Notes under the pieces: model-generated
What the model was told of the DNA's origin: nothing
Seen by the model: only the letters and a program-made list of their open reading frames with translations
Databases searched by the model: none
Shown here: one piece after another, positions 1-9,777 of the stretch
How the letters are laid out: each line of letters opens with the position of its first letter
Position numbering within the stretch: the first letter of the stretch is position 1
Origin: Candidatus Marinacidobacterales bacterium
Lineage (GTDB): Bacteria; Acidobacteriota; Vicinamibacteria; Marinacidobacterales; DATDRI01
NCBI GenBank assembly: GCA_965219415.1
Contig: CBDCNP010000002.1
Coordinates: forward strand, 128,001 to 192,000
Direction of reading: 5' to 3'
Length of the DNA stretch: 64,000 bases
Translations under genes and position numbers: made by a program

Positions 1-718
1 GTAGGCGAACGAGCGAATAGCGCACTCGTAACGTGACCGCGTCACCGCTCGCCGCGGTGGATCGAACGAGCTCCCCGGGACGGGTACTAGTAAAGGTCAG
101 GAGAGTCTCGATCTCGGTGTTCAGTGGGAACGCCTTGGTTCGAGGTAAGTGAATGACGCTGCGACTGCGATCGAGCTGGAAGCTCCCCTGCCCGGCATCC
201 TCCAATGTTTTGGCGATACCGTGCGCATCACGCAGAAAGAAATCCGTCCCGTCGACCAAGACGCGAGTTCCCGATTCCGCCACTACCTCGAAACCCCAAT
301 GAGTCGACGGGGCGAACGCATCCTGTACCGCCCTCACCTCGTCCGGATTATTGCTCCGCGCTCGGTAGCGGTAGTTGGGCTCGACCAGTAGGACCGTCGG
401 GCCGACCCGCCGTGGCTCGAGGACGTGAGTGCGGCCAAGCTGCCCACGATCCAAGCCGACCGGATTGCTACCCAACCCGCTAGCCAACGACACCTGGTAG
501 AGAAACTGGTCGTTGTCCCATTGATCCAGCTCCCAGAAGAGCTTTCCGGTGGAATCGTCCCAGTAGAGATCGAAGAACCCCTCCAGGTGAATCATGTCAC
601 GCGTCTTGTCTTCAATGGACGGGATGGACGGGGACCGACTCTCTTCCGAGCTTGCCTGTCCGAATGCTCCTCCCGCGCCCCCGGCAAGGAGCAAGCCAAG
701 CATCACCACATGCTTCAT
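1..718 (-). CDS. Secreted zinc-dependent metalloprotease-like protein (DUF5117/DUF5118, EcxA-like), N-terminal part; runs off the window edge
   Basis: Not in the ORF track because it is open at the edge. Manual translation from ATG 718: MKHVVMLGLLLAGGAGGAFGQ (signal peptide)...LEGFFDLYWDDSTGKLFWEL...YQVSLASGLGSNPVGLDRGQLG...VLLVEPNYRYRA...TKAFPLNTEIE, typical of this family's N-terminus. Confidence 0.75.
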   Translation of the reverse strand, partial: MKHVVMLGLLLAGGAGGAFGQASSEESRSPSIPSIEDKTRDMIHLEGFFDLYWDDSTGKLFWELDQWDNDQFLYQVSLASGLGSNPVGLDRGQLGRTHVLEPRRVGPTVLLVEPNYRYRARSNNPDEVRAVQDAFAPSTHWGFEVVAESGTRVLVDGTDFFLRDAHGIAKTLEDAGQGSFQLDRSRSVIHLPRTKAFPLNTEIETLLTFTSTRPGELVRSTAASGDAVTLRVRYSLVRL

Positions 719-774
719 CCCGCACTTCACCCATCCGTTCCGCATTCTCCGACCTCCGCTCTTCTTAGTCCTAG

Positions 775-1710
775 CTATCGACTCTGCTTCAGGAACTTCA
801 AGAACTCCGCATCGCTCGTCAAGATAAGGGTTACGTCCTCACCGAAGCTGCTTCGGTAGGTTTCCAGTGTCTTCAAAAATTGGTAGAAGTCTGGATCCTT
901 GCTATACGCACGAGCGTAGATACTCGTGGCCTCGGCATCCGCCACACCCCGAATCTCCTCGGCTTGCTTGAAGGCCCCGGATTCGATCTCTTTGAGCTCT
1001 TTTTCCTTCTGCCCGCGTATCTCCGCCGAGCGGCCCTGGCCTTCCGAGCGGCTGCGCTCCGCGATCCTCTGGCGCTCGGTGATCATTCGCTCGTAGACTT
1101 TCGCGCGCACTTCGTCGACGTAGTTGATGTGTTTGATCTTCACATCTACCAGCTCGATGCCATAGTCTGGCGTCACGACTGAAGCCTTCTCCAAGATTCT
1201 GGCCGCGATCGCTTCCCGGCCGGTGGCGATTTCCGCGGCCTGCTGTTGGGCAGCAAACGCCTGAAGCTCCTCCGTAACCTCGAACTCCCGGTTCTTCGAG
1301 CGTACGACCTCGATGAGATCGAAGGCCGCCACCGCGTTTCGGGTCTCACCATCGATAATGTCGTCGAGACGACTCTGTGCGCCCCGTTCGTCACGGACGG
1401 ATTCGAAGAACTCCAAAGGATCTTGGATCCGCCAACGAGCGTAGGTATCCACCCAGATGAACTTCTTGTCCCTGGTGGTAATCTGGTTGGCATCGCCGTC
1501 CCACGCCAGCCAGCGTTTGTCGAAACGGTGGACGTCCCATGCAAATGGAATCTTCAACTTGAGGCCGGGGGTGGTGACGGCATCGCCGATGGGTCTTCCG
1601 AACTGCGTAACGATGACCTGCTCCGTTTCGTCCACCGTATAGAAACTGGCGGGCAGCAGGATGAGGAGCACCGCTCCAATAACAAGGAGAACTATCAGAT
1701 TCCGGTTCAT
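775..1710 (-). CDS. hflC: FtsH protease modulator HflC (SPFH/Band 7)
   Basis: N-terminal TM, SPFH domain, VYERMITERQRIAE...RSEG, AYSKDPDFYQFLKTLETY; overlaps the hflK stop codon. Confidence 0.93.
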   Translation of the reverse strand: MNRNLIVLLVIGAVLLILLPASFYTVDETEQVIVTQFGRPIGDAVTTPGLKLKIPFAWDVHRFDKRWLAWDGDANQITTRDKKFIWVDTYARWRIQDPLEFFESVRDERGAQSRLDDIIDGETRNAVAAFDLIEVVRSKNREFEVTEELQAFAAQQQAAEIATGREAIAARILEKASVVTPDYGIELVDVKIKHINYVDEVRAKVYERMITERQRIAERSRSEGQGRSAEIRGQKEKELKEIESGAFKQAEEIRGVADAEATSIYARAYSKDPDFYQFLKTLETYRSSFGEDVTLILTSDAEFLKFLKQSR

Positions 1711-2723
1711 TTCTGCACCTCCTGAGTCAGATTCAGCAGGGGCAGCAGTCCCCTCTGTTTCTCATCGAGAATTACCTTTTTGCCCATGCGCGGCAGGATC
1801 TCGTTCAACGTCTCGAGATACATGCGGTTGCGGGTTACGCGAGGCGCCTTGCGATACTCCGCGTAGATCGCTTCGAATCGGGTCGCCTCTCCTTGGGACC
1901 GATTCACACGCTCCGCCGCGTATCCCTCGGACTCCTGGATCATTTGCTGGGCGACTCCCTTGGCCTTCGGAATCTCCTGGTTGTATTCCGCCCACGCGCG
2001 GTTGATGAGCTGCTCCTTCTCCTGAATGGCCTCGTTGACTTCGTTGAAGGATGGCTTGACCGGATCCGGAGGGTTCACATCCTGGAGCACCAGCTGCTCC
2101 ACGGAGAGGCCAATGCCGTACTGGTCGCAGAGATCCTGGAGTAGATCCTTGGCCTGGATAGCGATGCTTTCGCGGCCAATGGTCAGCACCTCGTCCACGC
2201 TGTGATCCCCGACCACCTGCCGCATCGCAGCTTCCGACATGTCTCGGAACGTTCCAGCGACGTCGCGGACGTTGAATAGAAACGCGCGCGAATCGTCGAT
2301 CTTGAATTGCACGATCCACTCCACCACCGCGACGTTGAGGTCGCCGGTCAGCATGAGCGACTCCTGCAGGAGCTCGCCTCCGTCCCGATACTGCGATCGG
2401 ACGCCCGCTTGAACGGTCCGGAAGCCAAACTCCTGTTTCAGCTGGCGCTGTATCGGCACCTTGTCGAGCTTCTCGATGAACGGCCATTTGAGGTGCAGGC
2501 CGGGGTCAGTCGTTCGGGAATAGGCGCCGAAGCGCCGGATAACCCCTACTTCGTCGGGCTGGATCTGGTAGAAGCTTCCGAAGAATATGACTACGCCCAC
2601 CACCAGAAGCAAGATCAGTCGGATCGTCCCGGGCGGGATATTGGGCAGATTGAATTGCGGCATCTGCGGCACGCGCGGCGGATCGAAGTCGAACGGTCCG
2701 TTGCCGCCCCGTTTATCAGCCAT
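1707..2723 (-). CDS. hflK: FtsH protease modulator HflK
   Basis: MLTGDLNVAVVEWIVQFKI, LQDVNPPDPVKPSFNEVNEA, YRKAPRVTRNRMYLET; AGGAGG RBS upstream. Confidence 0.93.
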   Translation of the reverse strand: MADKRGGNGPFDFDPPRVPQMPQFNLPNIPPGTIRLILLLVVGVVIFFGSFYQIQPDEVGVIRRFGAYSRTTDPGLHLKWPFIEKLDKVPIQRQLKQEFGFRTVQAGVRSQYRDGGELLQESLMLTGDLNVAVVEWIVQFKIDDSRAFLFNVRDVAGTFRDMSEAAMRQVVGDHSVDEVLTIGRESIAIQAKDLLQDLCDQYGIGLSVEQLVLQDVNPPDPVKPSFNEVNEAIQEKEQLINRAWAEYNQEIPKAKGVAQQMIQESEGYAAERVNRSQGEATRFEAIYAEYRKAPRVTRNRMYLETLNEILPRMGKKVILDEKQRGLLPLLNLTQEVQK

Positions 2724-2863
2724 GTTGTCCTCCTCGCTTTCTTAGGGATGTAAAAGAGATTACTGGGTCGCACTGCCCGTGCACGATACCTTCGCGCCTA
2801 GCTGGGTTGCAAACCGCAGCTTTTTCCCTTGCGCTGGTTCGTCCCTTGTTGCAACATCTCTCC

Positions 2864-5716
2864 ATGGATTTGCCGACCCGTTTCGATTTCCGTGCCGTAG
2901 AGCCCCGTATCTACAAGCTTTGGCTGGACCGCAATTGTTTCGACAGCGCCTACGACCCGGACGGAAAGCCTCGCCACCAGACCGAAACGGACAAACCGAA
3001 GTTCGTCATTGTCATCCCACCGCCCAACGTGACCGGTCGGCTCCATATGGGGCATGCTCTCAACAACACCCTTCAAGACACCTTGATCCGCTACAAGCGC
3101 ATGGACGGCTTTGACACTCTATGGGTCCCCGGTACCGACCATGCCGGCATCTCCACCCAAACCGTGGTGCGCAAGCAGCTCGATGCGCAAGGAATCAATT
3201 ATCGTGAATTGGGTCGCGAGAAGTTCATCGAGAAGGTTTGGGAGTGGAAGGCAAAGTACGGAGACTTCATCATCGAGCAGCTCCAGAAGATGGGTTGCTC
3301 GTGCGACTGGAAGCGCACGCGCTTCACGATGGACGAGGGGCTTTCTCGAGCAGTCCGTGTAACTTTCAAGACCCTCTACGACCGCGGCCTCCTCTATCGG
3401 GGCAAGCGGATCGTCAACTGGTGCCCGGTGGACCAAACCGCGCTTTCGGACGACGAAGTGAATGTCTCCGACGAGGGAGAGCCCGGACACCTCTGGTACA
3501 TCCGATATCCACTGGTCGAGCCAACGGACGAACTGAGTCACCTGGTCGTTGCCACGACTCGCCCCGAAACGCTCTTCGGAGACGTTGCGGTCGCGGTTCA
3601 CCCGAAGGACGAGCGTTATAGGAAAGTCGTCGGCAAAGAGGTCCGCCTGCCTCTTCAAGGCCGGGTGATTCCCGTGATCGCCGACGAGTACGTCGACATG
3701 GAGTTCGGCACCGGGGCCCTCAAGATCACTCCGGCGCACGACGCCAACGACTTCGAAGTCGGGCCCAGGCATGGGCTCGAACCGATCAATGTCATGAACG
3801 AAGACGCAACGCTCAACGATGTCGTTCCGTCGGAGTTTCGGGGTATGGAACGCTTCAAGGCCCGGAAGAGGGCGGTGGCCGCCCTCGAAGAGCAAGAGCT
3901 CATCGAGAAGGTCGAGGATCGCTTGGTCCCTTTGGGCCGCGCCCAGCGCTCCGGCGCCCCCATCGAGTATCGGCTCTCGGATCAATGGTTCGTACGGATG
4001 AAACCTCTGGCTGAGAAGGCACTCGCTGCAAGCGGCTACGAGAAGAAAGGCGACGACTGGGTGAAGGTAGACCCCGGCGAGCTATCCTTCCACCCCGAGC
4101 GTTGGGAGAACGTGTACCTGCAGTGGCTCACCCGCATCCACGACTGGACCATCAGTCGACAGATCTGGTGGGGACACCGCATTCCCGCTTGGTACAACCG
4201 CAAGACCGGCGAGGTTCGCGTCGACGTCGAAACACCCCAAGAAGTCGCGCAGGCCCCCGCGGATTGGTATCAGGACCCTGACGTGCTCGATACCTGGTTC
4301 AGCTCCTGGCTGTGGCCCATGAGTACGCTGGGATGGCCCGAGGCGACCCCTGATTTCGCGCGGTACTTTCCCACTAGTGTTCTATCCACCGCCAAGGACA
4401 TCATCTTTTTCTGGGTGGCGCGCATGAACTTCGCTGGGCTCGAGCTTGCGGGAAGGCTCCCCTTTCGCCATGTGAACATCCACCCGACGGTCCTCGATGA
4501 CCAGGGGGCGGTGATGAGCAAGAGCAAGGGTAATGGGATCGATCCGCTCGCGGTGATCGAGGGAGCAACGTCAGAAGAGCTCAAGGCTCCCATCTTCGAG
4601 GCGCGCCCACCCAAGATGGAGAAGCTCGTGACGAGAGTCGAGAAGAACTTTCCCAAGGGTTTCGAAGGGATCGGCGCGGACGCCCTCCGTTATACATTTA
4701 TTTACTCCTGCTCGGACGGACAAGAAACTCGTCTTTCGCTAGAGAAGTTCAACGAGCAGGGACGCCGTTTCGTCACCAAGCTTTGGAACGCCAGCCGCTT
4801 CGTCCTCATGTCGCTCGACAACGTGCCGCCGGCGTCGGCAGGCGAGGCGCCTTCGGCCGTGTCGGACGACTGGATCTCTTCGCGTCTCGCGTCCACCGTG
4901 CGGGAGGTTCTCGCCGCCCTGGACGATTTCGAATTCGGCTCTCTTGGACAAGCCCTATATCGATTCGTCTGGAACGACTATTGCGACTGGTTCTTGGAAC
5001 TGTCCAAGGAGCGTCTTCAAGGAGAAGATCCCGCGGCGGCTCGACGAGCGGCCTCGGTATTGGGTTGTTCACTCGCCGATATCCTGAAACTCCTCCACCC
5101 GATTTGTCCGTTCATCACGGAGGAGCTCTGGTCGAAGCTACTGCCCGCGATGGGCGAAAAGGAATTGTGGCTGGGCGAACGACCCACTTCCGAGCTTCTC
5201 ATTCATGAGCCGTTTCCGAAGGGAGACGCTTCACCGGAAGCAGATCTGGAGGAACGCTTCGAAACCCTTCAGCGTCTCGTGACCCGTGTCCGAAACGTTC
5301 GGGCCAACGCGCGTCTGGGCGATAGCGTTCGCTTGGCGATCCAGGTGAAACCGCTTAGGGAGGACTTTCGACGCGTCGTCGAGGCCACTTCCGGGGCGGT
5401 GACGCGGCTCGCCAGCCTCGAATCGCTAGAGCTCGTTGAGGACAGGCCTCCTGGGGCGGTCACCAATGTGGATCCGGCATTCGAAATGTACGTCGACTTG
5501 GGAAAACACGTCGATGTAACGAAAGAGCTCGCGCGCATCGACAAGGAGATGGCTACCGTCCAGAAGAAACTCGAGCAGGTCTCGAGGAAGCTACAAAACT
5601 CCAAGTTCCTCGACGGAGCGCCTTCCAATGTCGTCGAGGGAGAGAAGACCAAAGCTCAGGAGCTGAAAGACATGTTGGTCAAGCTGGAGAAGCTCCGCGA
5701 CGAGTATGGGTCCTAA
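2864..5716 (+). CDS. valS: Valine--tRNA ligase
   Basis: PPPNVTGRLHMGHAL (HIGH motif), PGTDHAGI, ATTRPET, GTGALKITPAHD, DWTISRQIWWGH, VMSKSKGN, C-terminal coiled coil; ATG 2864 preferred over TTG 2807. Confidence 0.97.
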   Translation: MDLPTRFDFRAVEPRIYKLWLDRNCFDSAYDPDGKPRHQTETDKPKFVIVIPPPNVTGRLHMGHALNNTLQDTLIRYKRMDGFDTLWVPGTDHAGISTQTVVRKQLDAQGINYRELGREKFIEKVWEWKAKYGDFIIEQLQKMGCSCDWKRTRFTMDEGLSRAVRVTFKTLYDRGLLYRGKRIVNWCPVDQTALSDDEVNVSDEGEPGHLWYIRYPLVEPTDELSHLVVATTRPETLFGDVAVAVHPKDERYRKVVGKEVRLPLQGRVIPVIADEYVDMEFGTGALKITPAHDANDFEVGPRHGLEPINVMNEDATLNDVVPSEFRGMERFKARKRAVAALEEQELIEKVEDRLVPLGRAQRSGAPIEYRLSDQWFVRMKPLAEKALAASGYEKKGDDWVKVDPGELSFHPERWENVYLQWLTRIHDWTISRQIWWGHRIPAWYNRKTGEVRVDVETPQEVAQAPADWYQDPDVLDTWFSSWLWPMSTLGWPEATPDFARYFPTSVLSTAKDIIFFWVARMNFAGLELAGRLPFRHVNIHPTVLDDQGAVMSKSKGNGIDPLAVIEGATSEELKAPIFEARPPKMEKLVTRVEKNFPKGFEGIGADALRYTFIYSCSDGQETRLSLEKFNEQGRRFVTKLWNASRFVLMSLDNVPPASAGEAPSAVSDDWISSRLASTVREVLAALDDFEFGSLGQALYRFVWNDYCDWFLELSKERLQGEDPAAARRAASVLGCSLADILKLLHPICPFITEELWSKLLPAMGEKELWLGERPTSELLIHEPFPKGDASPEADLEERFETLQRLVTRVRNVRANARLGDSVRLAIQVKPLREDFRRVVEATSGAVTRLASLESLELVEDRPPGAVTNVDPAFEMYVDLGKHVDVTKELARIDKEMATVQKKLEQVSRKLQNSKFLDGAPSNVVEGEKTKAQELKDMLVKLEKLRDEYGS

Positions 5717-5719
5717 TAT

Positions 5720-8700
5720 CTAGGTGCGGGCCAGAGAGAGCGTCGCTTCCTGTCCTTCGATCTCGACCTCACGCTTATCCGCGTCCGGGAACGATGCGCC
5801 GTCGTTAACGAGCTCGACACAAAGGGTCTCTCCCATCAAATGCTCTCGGCGCTTTTCGATGATCTCGTTGAGACGGTCGGAACCTCGAATCGCCAGGCGG
5901 ATGCGCTGCGTGTACTCGAGCTCTAGCTCTTTGCGAAACGTTTGGATGCGGTTCAAGAGCTCGCGATAGATGCCCTCTTCGATCAACTCGGGCGTGAGCT
6001 CCGTGCTCAGTACGACGACCGACGTCTGATCCCCGGCCGCGGCATAACCTTCTCTAGCCTTGACCACGACCTCCACGTCTTCGAGCTCCAGGGACAGCGT
6101 GTCCCCCGCAACCTTTACATCGACGCTACCTTTGTCGAGAAGCGACTTGCGCAGTGCCGCGCCGTCGGCTTGGGCAAGCGCCTTCTTGAGAACCGGCATG
6201 TTCTTCCCGAGCTTCCGACCCAACCGTCGAAAGTTAGGCTTGATGCCGTAGCGAATGTGCTCCTCGGCACCGGGAACGAAGTCGATCTCCACGACGTTCA
6301 TCGCCGCGGCGATGAGCTCGCGATACTTCGCGATACGTTCTTCCACATCGGGATGGGAGAGAATGATTTCTGCGCGGGCTAGCGGCTGTCGCACCTTGAG
6401 CTTGTGGTTGGTGCGGACCCGAAGGCCGAGGGATACGATATCACGCACCGTCGCCATCTCTTCGCTCAAAGAGCGGTCGATCCGGCTCGTATCTGCCTCG
6501 GGGTAGTCCTCCATGTGGACGCTTTCTCGAACGGCCGCGCCCCCCGGCCGCTTGACCAAGTTTTGATACATCTCCTCGGTCATGAAGGGAACGAAGGGGG
6601 CCGCCAACCGCGTCACCGTTCCCAGGACCTCGTAGAGCGTCGCATAGGCATCAATCTTGTCGTCGTCCATTTCGGACCTCCAAAATCGTTGCCGACTCCG
6701 CCGAAGGTACCAGTTCGAGAGGCCATCGACAAAGTTGGAAAGCTCTTTCGCAGCTTCGTAGGCCCGGTAGTTATCCATACGATCGATCACTTCCTCGGTG
6801 AGGAGAGCCAACTCCGAGAGAATCCAGCGATCCAAAAGCGCCCGTTCTCCGATGGGACGCCCCTTCATCGTCAGCGGATCGAACTCGTCGGGGGCGGCGT
6901 AGATCGTGAAGAACGAATAAACGTTCCGGAGCTTCAGCGGGAGCTCCCTCTGGAGCGATCTCACATTGGTCAGCGAGTGCCGGGTGGGGTTCCACGGTGG
7001 ATTGGCGCCGAGAAAAAACCACCGGAACGCATCCGCGCCCGGTGCGGGCGTCTTGGTGTCCGCGAGTACGAGTCTCTCGTTCTCCGCAAGGCGCATCACC
7101 TCGGACGGCAGCACTTTGGCTCCCCGTTCAGTCGGCTTGACCCCTAGTGCAGCGCGATCGGTGCCGGACAACAGGACGAGTCTTCGCGGTAGTCGCTTCG
7201 CGGCGTCGATCAGAAACTCTCGCGCCTCGCCTTCTTTCCCGACCGGGTAGACCGTGATCGCCGCACCGGGAGAGAGATCCAAACCCTGCAGGTCTTCTCG
7301 CGCCACCAGGACCGTCCCCTCCTTCGGTTTGGCGTCGACTTGGTCCTCACCGAGAACCCCGAACTCCATCGCCACGCGATCCAGGATCACGTCCGGCGGG
7401 GTGTAGTTGCCCTTCGACTTGGACTCTTTCTTTCCGGTAGGGTCGGTCACGTGACCGAGCACGATGCAAGTCCGGTAAGGGTGCGGATAGGGCTCCGGCA
7501 CCAACTTCAGCCGCGACATCACTCCTTTGTCGAAGACCAACGTCGAAATCATCAAGAGCGAATAGAACCAACCGCGGGTCTGGTCGATCGCTTCGGTGAT
7601 GAAATCGGCCGGAAAGCTACGCTCGAATTCTTCCCTTCCCTGATGAGGGAATCCCCATTGCGCGAACGGCATGCTCCCGGAATCGAACCAGCCGTCGATG
7701 ACCTCCGGAACTCTGCGATAGACACCGTCCTCACCTGCCTCTGTCCAAGTAACGTGGTCGATCCACGGCTTGTGGACGATCAGATGCTCGGAAAGGGTGG
7801 GATCCTTCGCACGCGCCTTTTCGAAGGCCTCGAACGCCGAAGGGTTCTTCTCGAGTATTTCCGCAACCGACGATGGCGCCGCCATCTTTCCGGTTTGGTC
7901 GTTGATCCAGATATTGAGCGGTGTTCCCCAATAACGCTCCCTCGAAAGAGTCCAGTCGACATTGTTGGCCAAGAAATCCCCGAAGCGGCCTTCCTTGATG
8001 TGCTCGGGAAGCCATGCGACGGTGCGGTTGTTACGGATGGCATCGTCGATCCGCGCGGTGGTTCTAATGAACCAGGCCGGCCGGGCGTACTGGATGAGTG
8101 GATCCTCGTCGGCCCGCCAACAAAAAGGGTAGTCGTGACGGTAATTCTCACGATGAAGGAGAATGCCTCGCTCCTTCAAGAACCGAACGATCTCGGAATC
8201 CGCATCCTTGACCCACTTGCCTTCGAGGCTCGGGATCTCCTCGTTGAACGTCCCGTCGGGGCGGATGGCGCAAAGTAACGGCGCGGCATCCGGGTCCTTG
8301 TAGGTTGCGATAGTGGCGCAGTGAAGCTCATGGTCGACTTCACCAAAGGCTGGCGCCTCGTGCACTAGGCCGGTCCCTTGATCGAGCTCGACGAAGTCGG
8401 CCGCCAACACTTTCCAGAACATCGGCGCCGTCCCACCGTCTTTGAGCTCGATCTCTTTGTCGCCGTGATGACGGTAGTAGTCATCGAACGGGGGTCTGTA
8501 CCGCTGCCCAATGAGCTCGTTGCCCTTGAGCTCACGCTCCACCGGAAGCTCCCCACCAAACTTGCCCGCTACCGTCTCTCGCAACGCTGCGGCCACGACG
8601 AGCTTGCGATCGCCGTGTCGCACGACGACGTAGTCCACCTCCGGTTTCACGGCCGCGTACATGTTGGACGGGAGCGTCCAGGGTGTCGTGGTCCAAACGA

Positions 8701-9373
8701 GTAGAGACGTATCGGGCTCGTCGACTAACGGGAACGCCACGTAGACCGAAGGGTCGTCGACCGGCTTGTATCCCAACCCGACTTCGGCCGAGGAAAGTGC
8801 AGTGCCTCCCTGCGCCCACCACCAGACGACCTTGTGTCCTCGATAGAGCAGACCTTTCTTGAAGAGCTCCGAAAGCGCCCACCACACACTTTCGACATAC
8901 GTCCGCTGGTAGGTGACGTAGGCGTCGGGAAGATCGACCCAAAAGCCGATCCTCTCGGTCATCCTTTCCCAGTTTTGCGTGTAGCGGAACACCGACTCGA
9001 TGCAGCGAGAAATGAACGCTTCGACTCCGTACTTTTCGATGGCGGCCTTGCCGTGGATGCCGAGCTCTTTCTCTACTTCCACCTCGACCGGCAAGCCGTG
9101 GGTATCCCAACCCCCCTTCCGCGGCACCAAGAACCCCCGCATGGTGCGATAACGCAGAAAGACGTCCTTAGAAACCCGCGTCAACACGTGCCCGTTATGG
9201 GGCACGCCGTTTGCGGTAGGGGGTCCCTCGTAAAAGACAAAGGGTTTTGCGCCCCGGCGCAGCTTGAGACTCTTCTTGAAGATGTCGTTCTTGCGCCAGA
9301 ATTCCCCGATCTTTCCCTCGACTTCGGGGAAATTTACGATGGGATCGGCTTTTTCGAACTTCGGCTTCGACAT
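5720..9373 (-). CDS. ileS: Isoleucine--tRNA ligase (type 2-like) with a large insertion after the KMSKS-equivalent motif
   Basis: FYEGPPTANGVPHNGH, GWDTHGLPVE, WTTTPWTLPSN, DWTLSRERYWGTP, EAIDQTRGWFYSL, KESKS, SNWYLRRSR. Confidence 0.96.
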   Translation of the reverse strand: MSKPKFEKADPIVNFPEVEGKIGEFWRKNDIFKKSLKLRRGAKPFVFYEGPPTANGVPHNGHVLTRVSKDVFLRYRTMRGFLVPRKGGWDTHGLPVEVEVEKELGIHGKAAIEKYGVEAFISRCIESVFRYTQNWERMTERIGFWVDLPDAYVTYQRTYVESVWWALSELFKKGLLYRGHKVVWWWAQGGTALSSAEVGLGYKPVDDPSVYVAFPLVDEPDTSLLVWTTTPWTLPSNMYAAVKPEVDYVVVRHGDRKLVVAAALRETVAGKFGGELPVERELKGNELIGQRYRPPFDDYYRHHGDKEIELKDGGTAPMFWKVLAADFVELDQGTGLVHEAPAFGEVDHELHCATIATYKDPDAAPLLCAIRPDGTFNEEIPSLEGKWVKDADSEIVRFLKERGILLHRENYRHDYPFCWRADEDPLIQYARPAWFIRTTARIDDAIRNNRTVAWLPEHIKEGRFGDFLANNVDWTLSRERYWGTPLNIWINDQTGKMAAPSSVAEILEKNPSAFEAFEKARAKDPTLSEHLIVHKPWIDHVTWTEAGEDGVYRRVPEVIDGWFDSGSMPFAQWGFPHQGREEFERSFPADFITEAIDQTRGWFYSLLMISTLVFDKGVMSRLKLVPEPYPHPYRTCIVLGHVTDPTGKKESKSKGNYTPPDVILDRVAMEFGVLGEDQVDAKPKEGTVLVAREDLQGLDLSPGAAITVYPVGKEGEAREFLIDAAKRLPRRLVLLSGTDRAALGVKPTERGAKVLPSEVMRLAENERLVLADTKTPAPGADAFRWFFLGANPPWNPTRHSLTNVRSLQRELPLKLRNVYSFFTIYAAPDEFDPLTMKGRPIGERALLDRWILSELALLTEEVIDRMDNYRAYEAAKELSNFVDGLSNWYLRRSRQRFWRSEMDDDKIDAYATLYEVLGTVTRLAAPFVPFMTEEMYQNLVKRPGGAAVRESVHMEDYPEADTSRIDRSLSEEMATVRDIVSLGLRVRTNHKLKVRQPLARAEIILSHPDVEERIAKYRELIAAAMNVVEIDFVPGAEEHIRYGIKPNFRRLGRKLGKNMPVLKKALAQADGAALRKSLLDKGSVDVKVAGDTLSLELEDVEVVVKAREGYAAAGDQTSVVVLSTELTPELIEEGIYRELLNRIQTFRKELELEYTQRIRLAIRGSDRLNEIIEKRREHLMGETLCVELVNDGASFPDADKREVEIEGQEATLSLART

Positions 9374-9396
9374 GGCGTTCTAACGGATAAATGACC

Positions 9397-9759
9397 TCAA
9401 TAACTCATGGAGCGATCGTGCTCCGCTATCAAGTCGGCGTATCGCTTCGGATCCATCCAGCTCGCGTTACCACCTTCCAAGTCGTCCTCGGAGACCCCCC
9501 GGGCCCGGCCGCAGAGCCCTCAGACATAGACCGGAACCTTGTGGTCGACTGCGAACTGAAACAGCTCCTTCAGAGGCGGGAGCCCCACCGGAAGAATGCT
9601 CTGGCGGATTGGCTCCTTCATAAGGAGTGATCCATCGCCGACGAGGGCCACGCTAACGTCGTGCCCCCCTTCGACGGCGCCCTTGGCGAGCATGAACGCA
9701 AGCCCCGCTCGAGTAGGATCTTCCGCGCCATGTGTAGCGGTAATGAGAATCTTCGCCAT
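9397..9759 (-). CDS. DsrE/DsrF-like sulfurtransferase, probable selenoprotein (in-frame UGA at 9520-9522, UxxC motif)
   Basis: GGAGG RBS then ATG 9759; MAKILITATHGAEDPTRAGLAF...VPVYV-TGA-GLCGRARGVSEDDLEGGNASWMDPKRYADLIAEHDRSMSY-stop. Read-through gives 120 aa, with U at the conserved Cys of CxxC-x-x-RG. Confidence 0.82.
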
Positions 9760-9777
9760 GTTCAACCTCCCTTAAGG

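Noticed and set aside
149-859. Plus-strand ORFs 149-391, 205-483, 425-859, 594-827
   Set aside because: Antisense shadows of the minus-strand metalloprotease gene (1-718), which has a signal peptide and family motifs.
2724-2863. Possible T-box leaders upstream of valS or ileS
   Set aside because: No T-box consensus or terminator is visible; the ileS upstream gap is only ~23 nt once the DsrE read-through is included.
4540-4680. Insertion after the KMSKS-like motif in ValRS
   Set aside because: A similar ~35-aa insertion (…EKQFPNGI…GTDALRF) is known in E. coli-type ValRS, so it is not novel.
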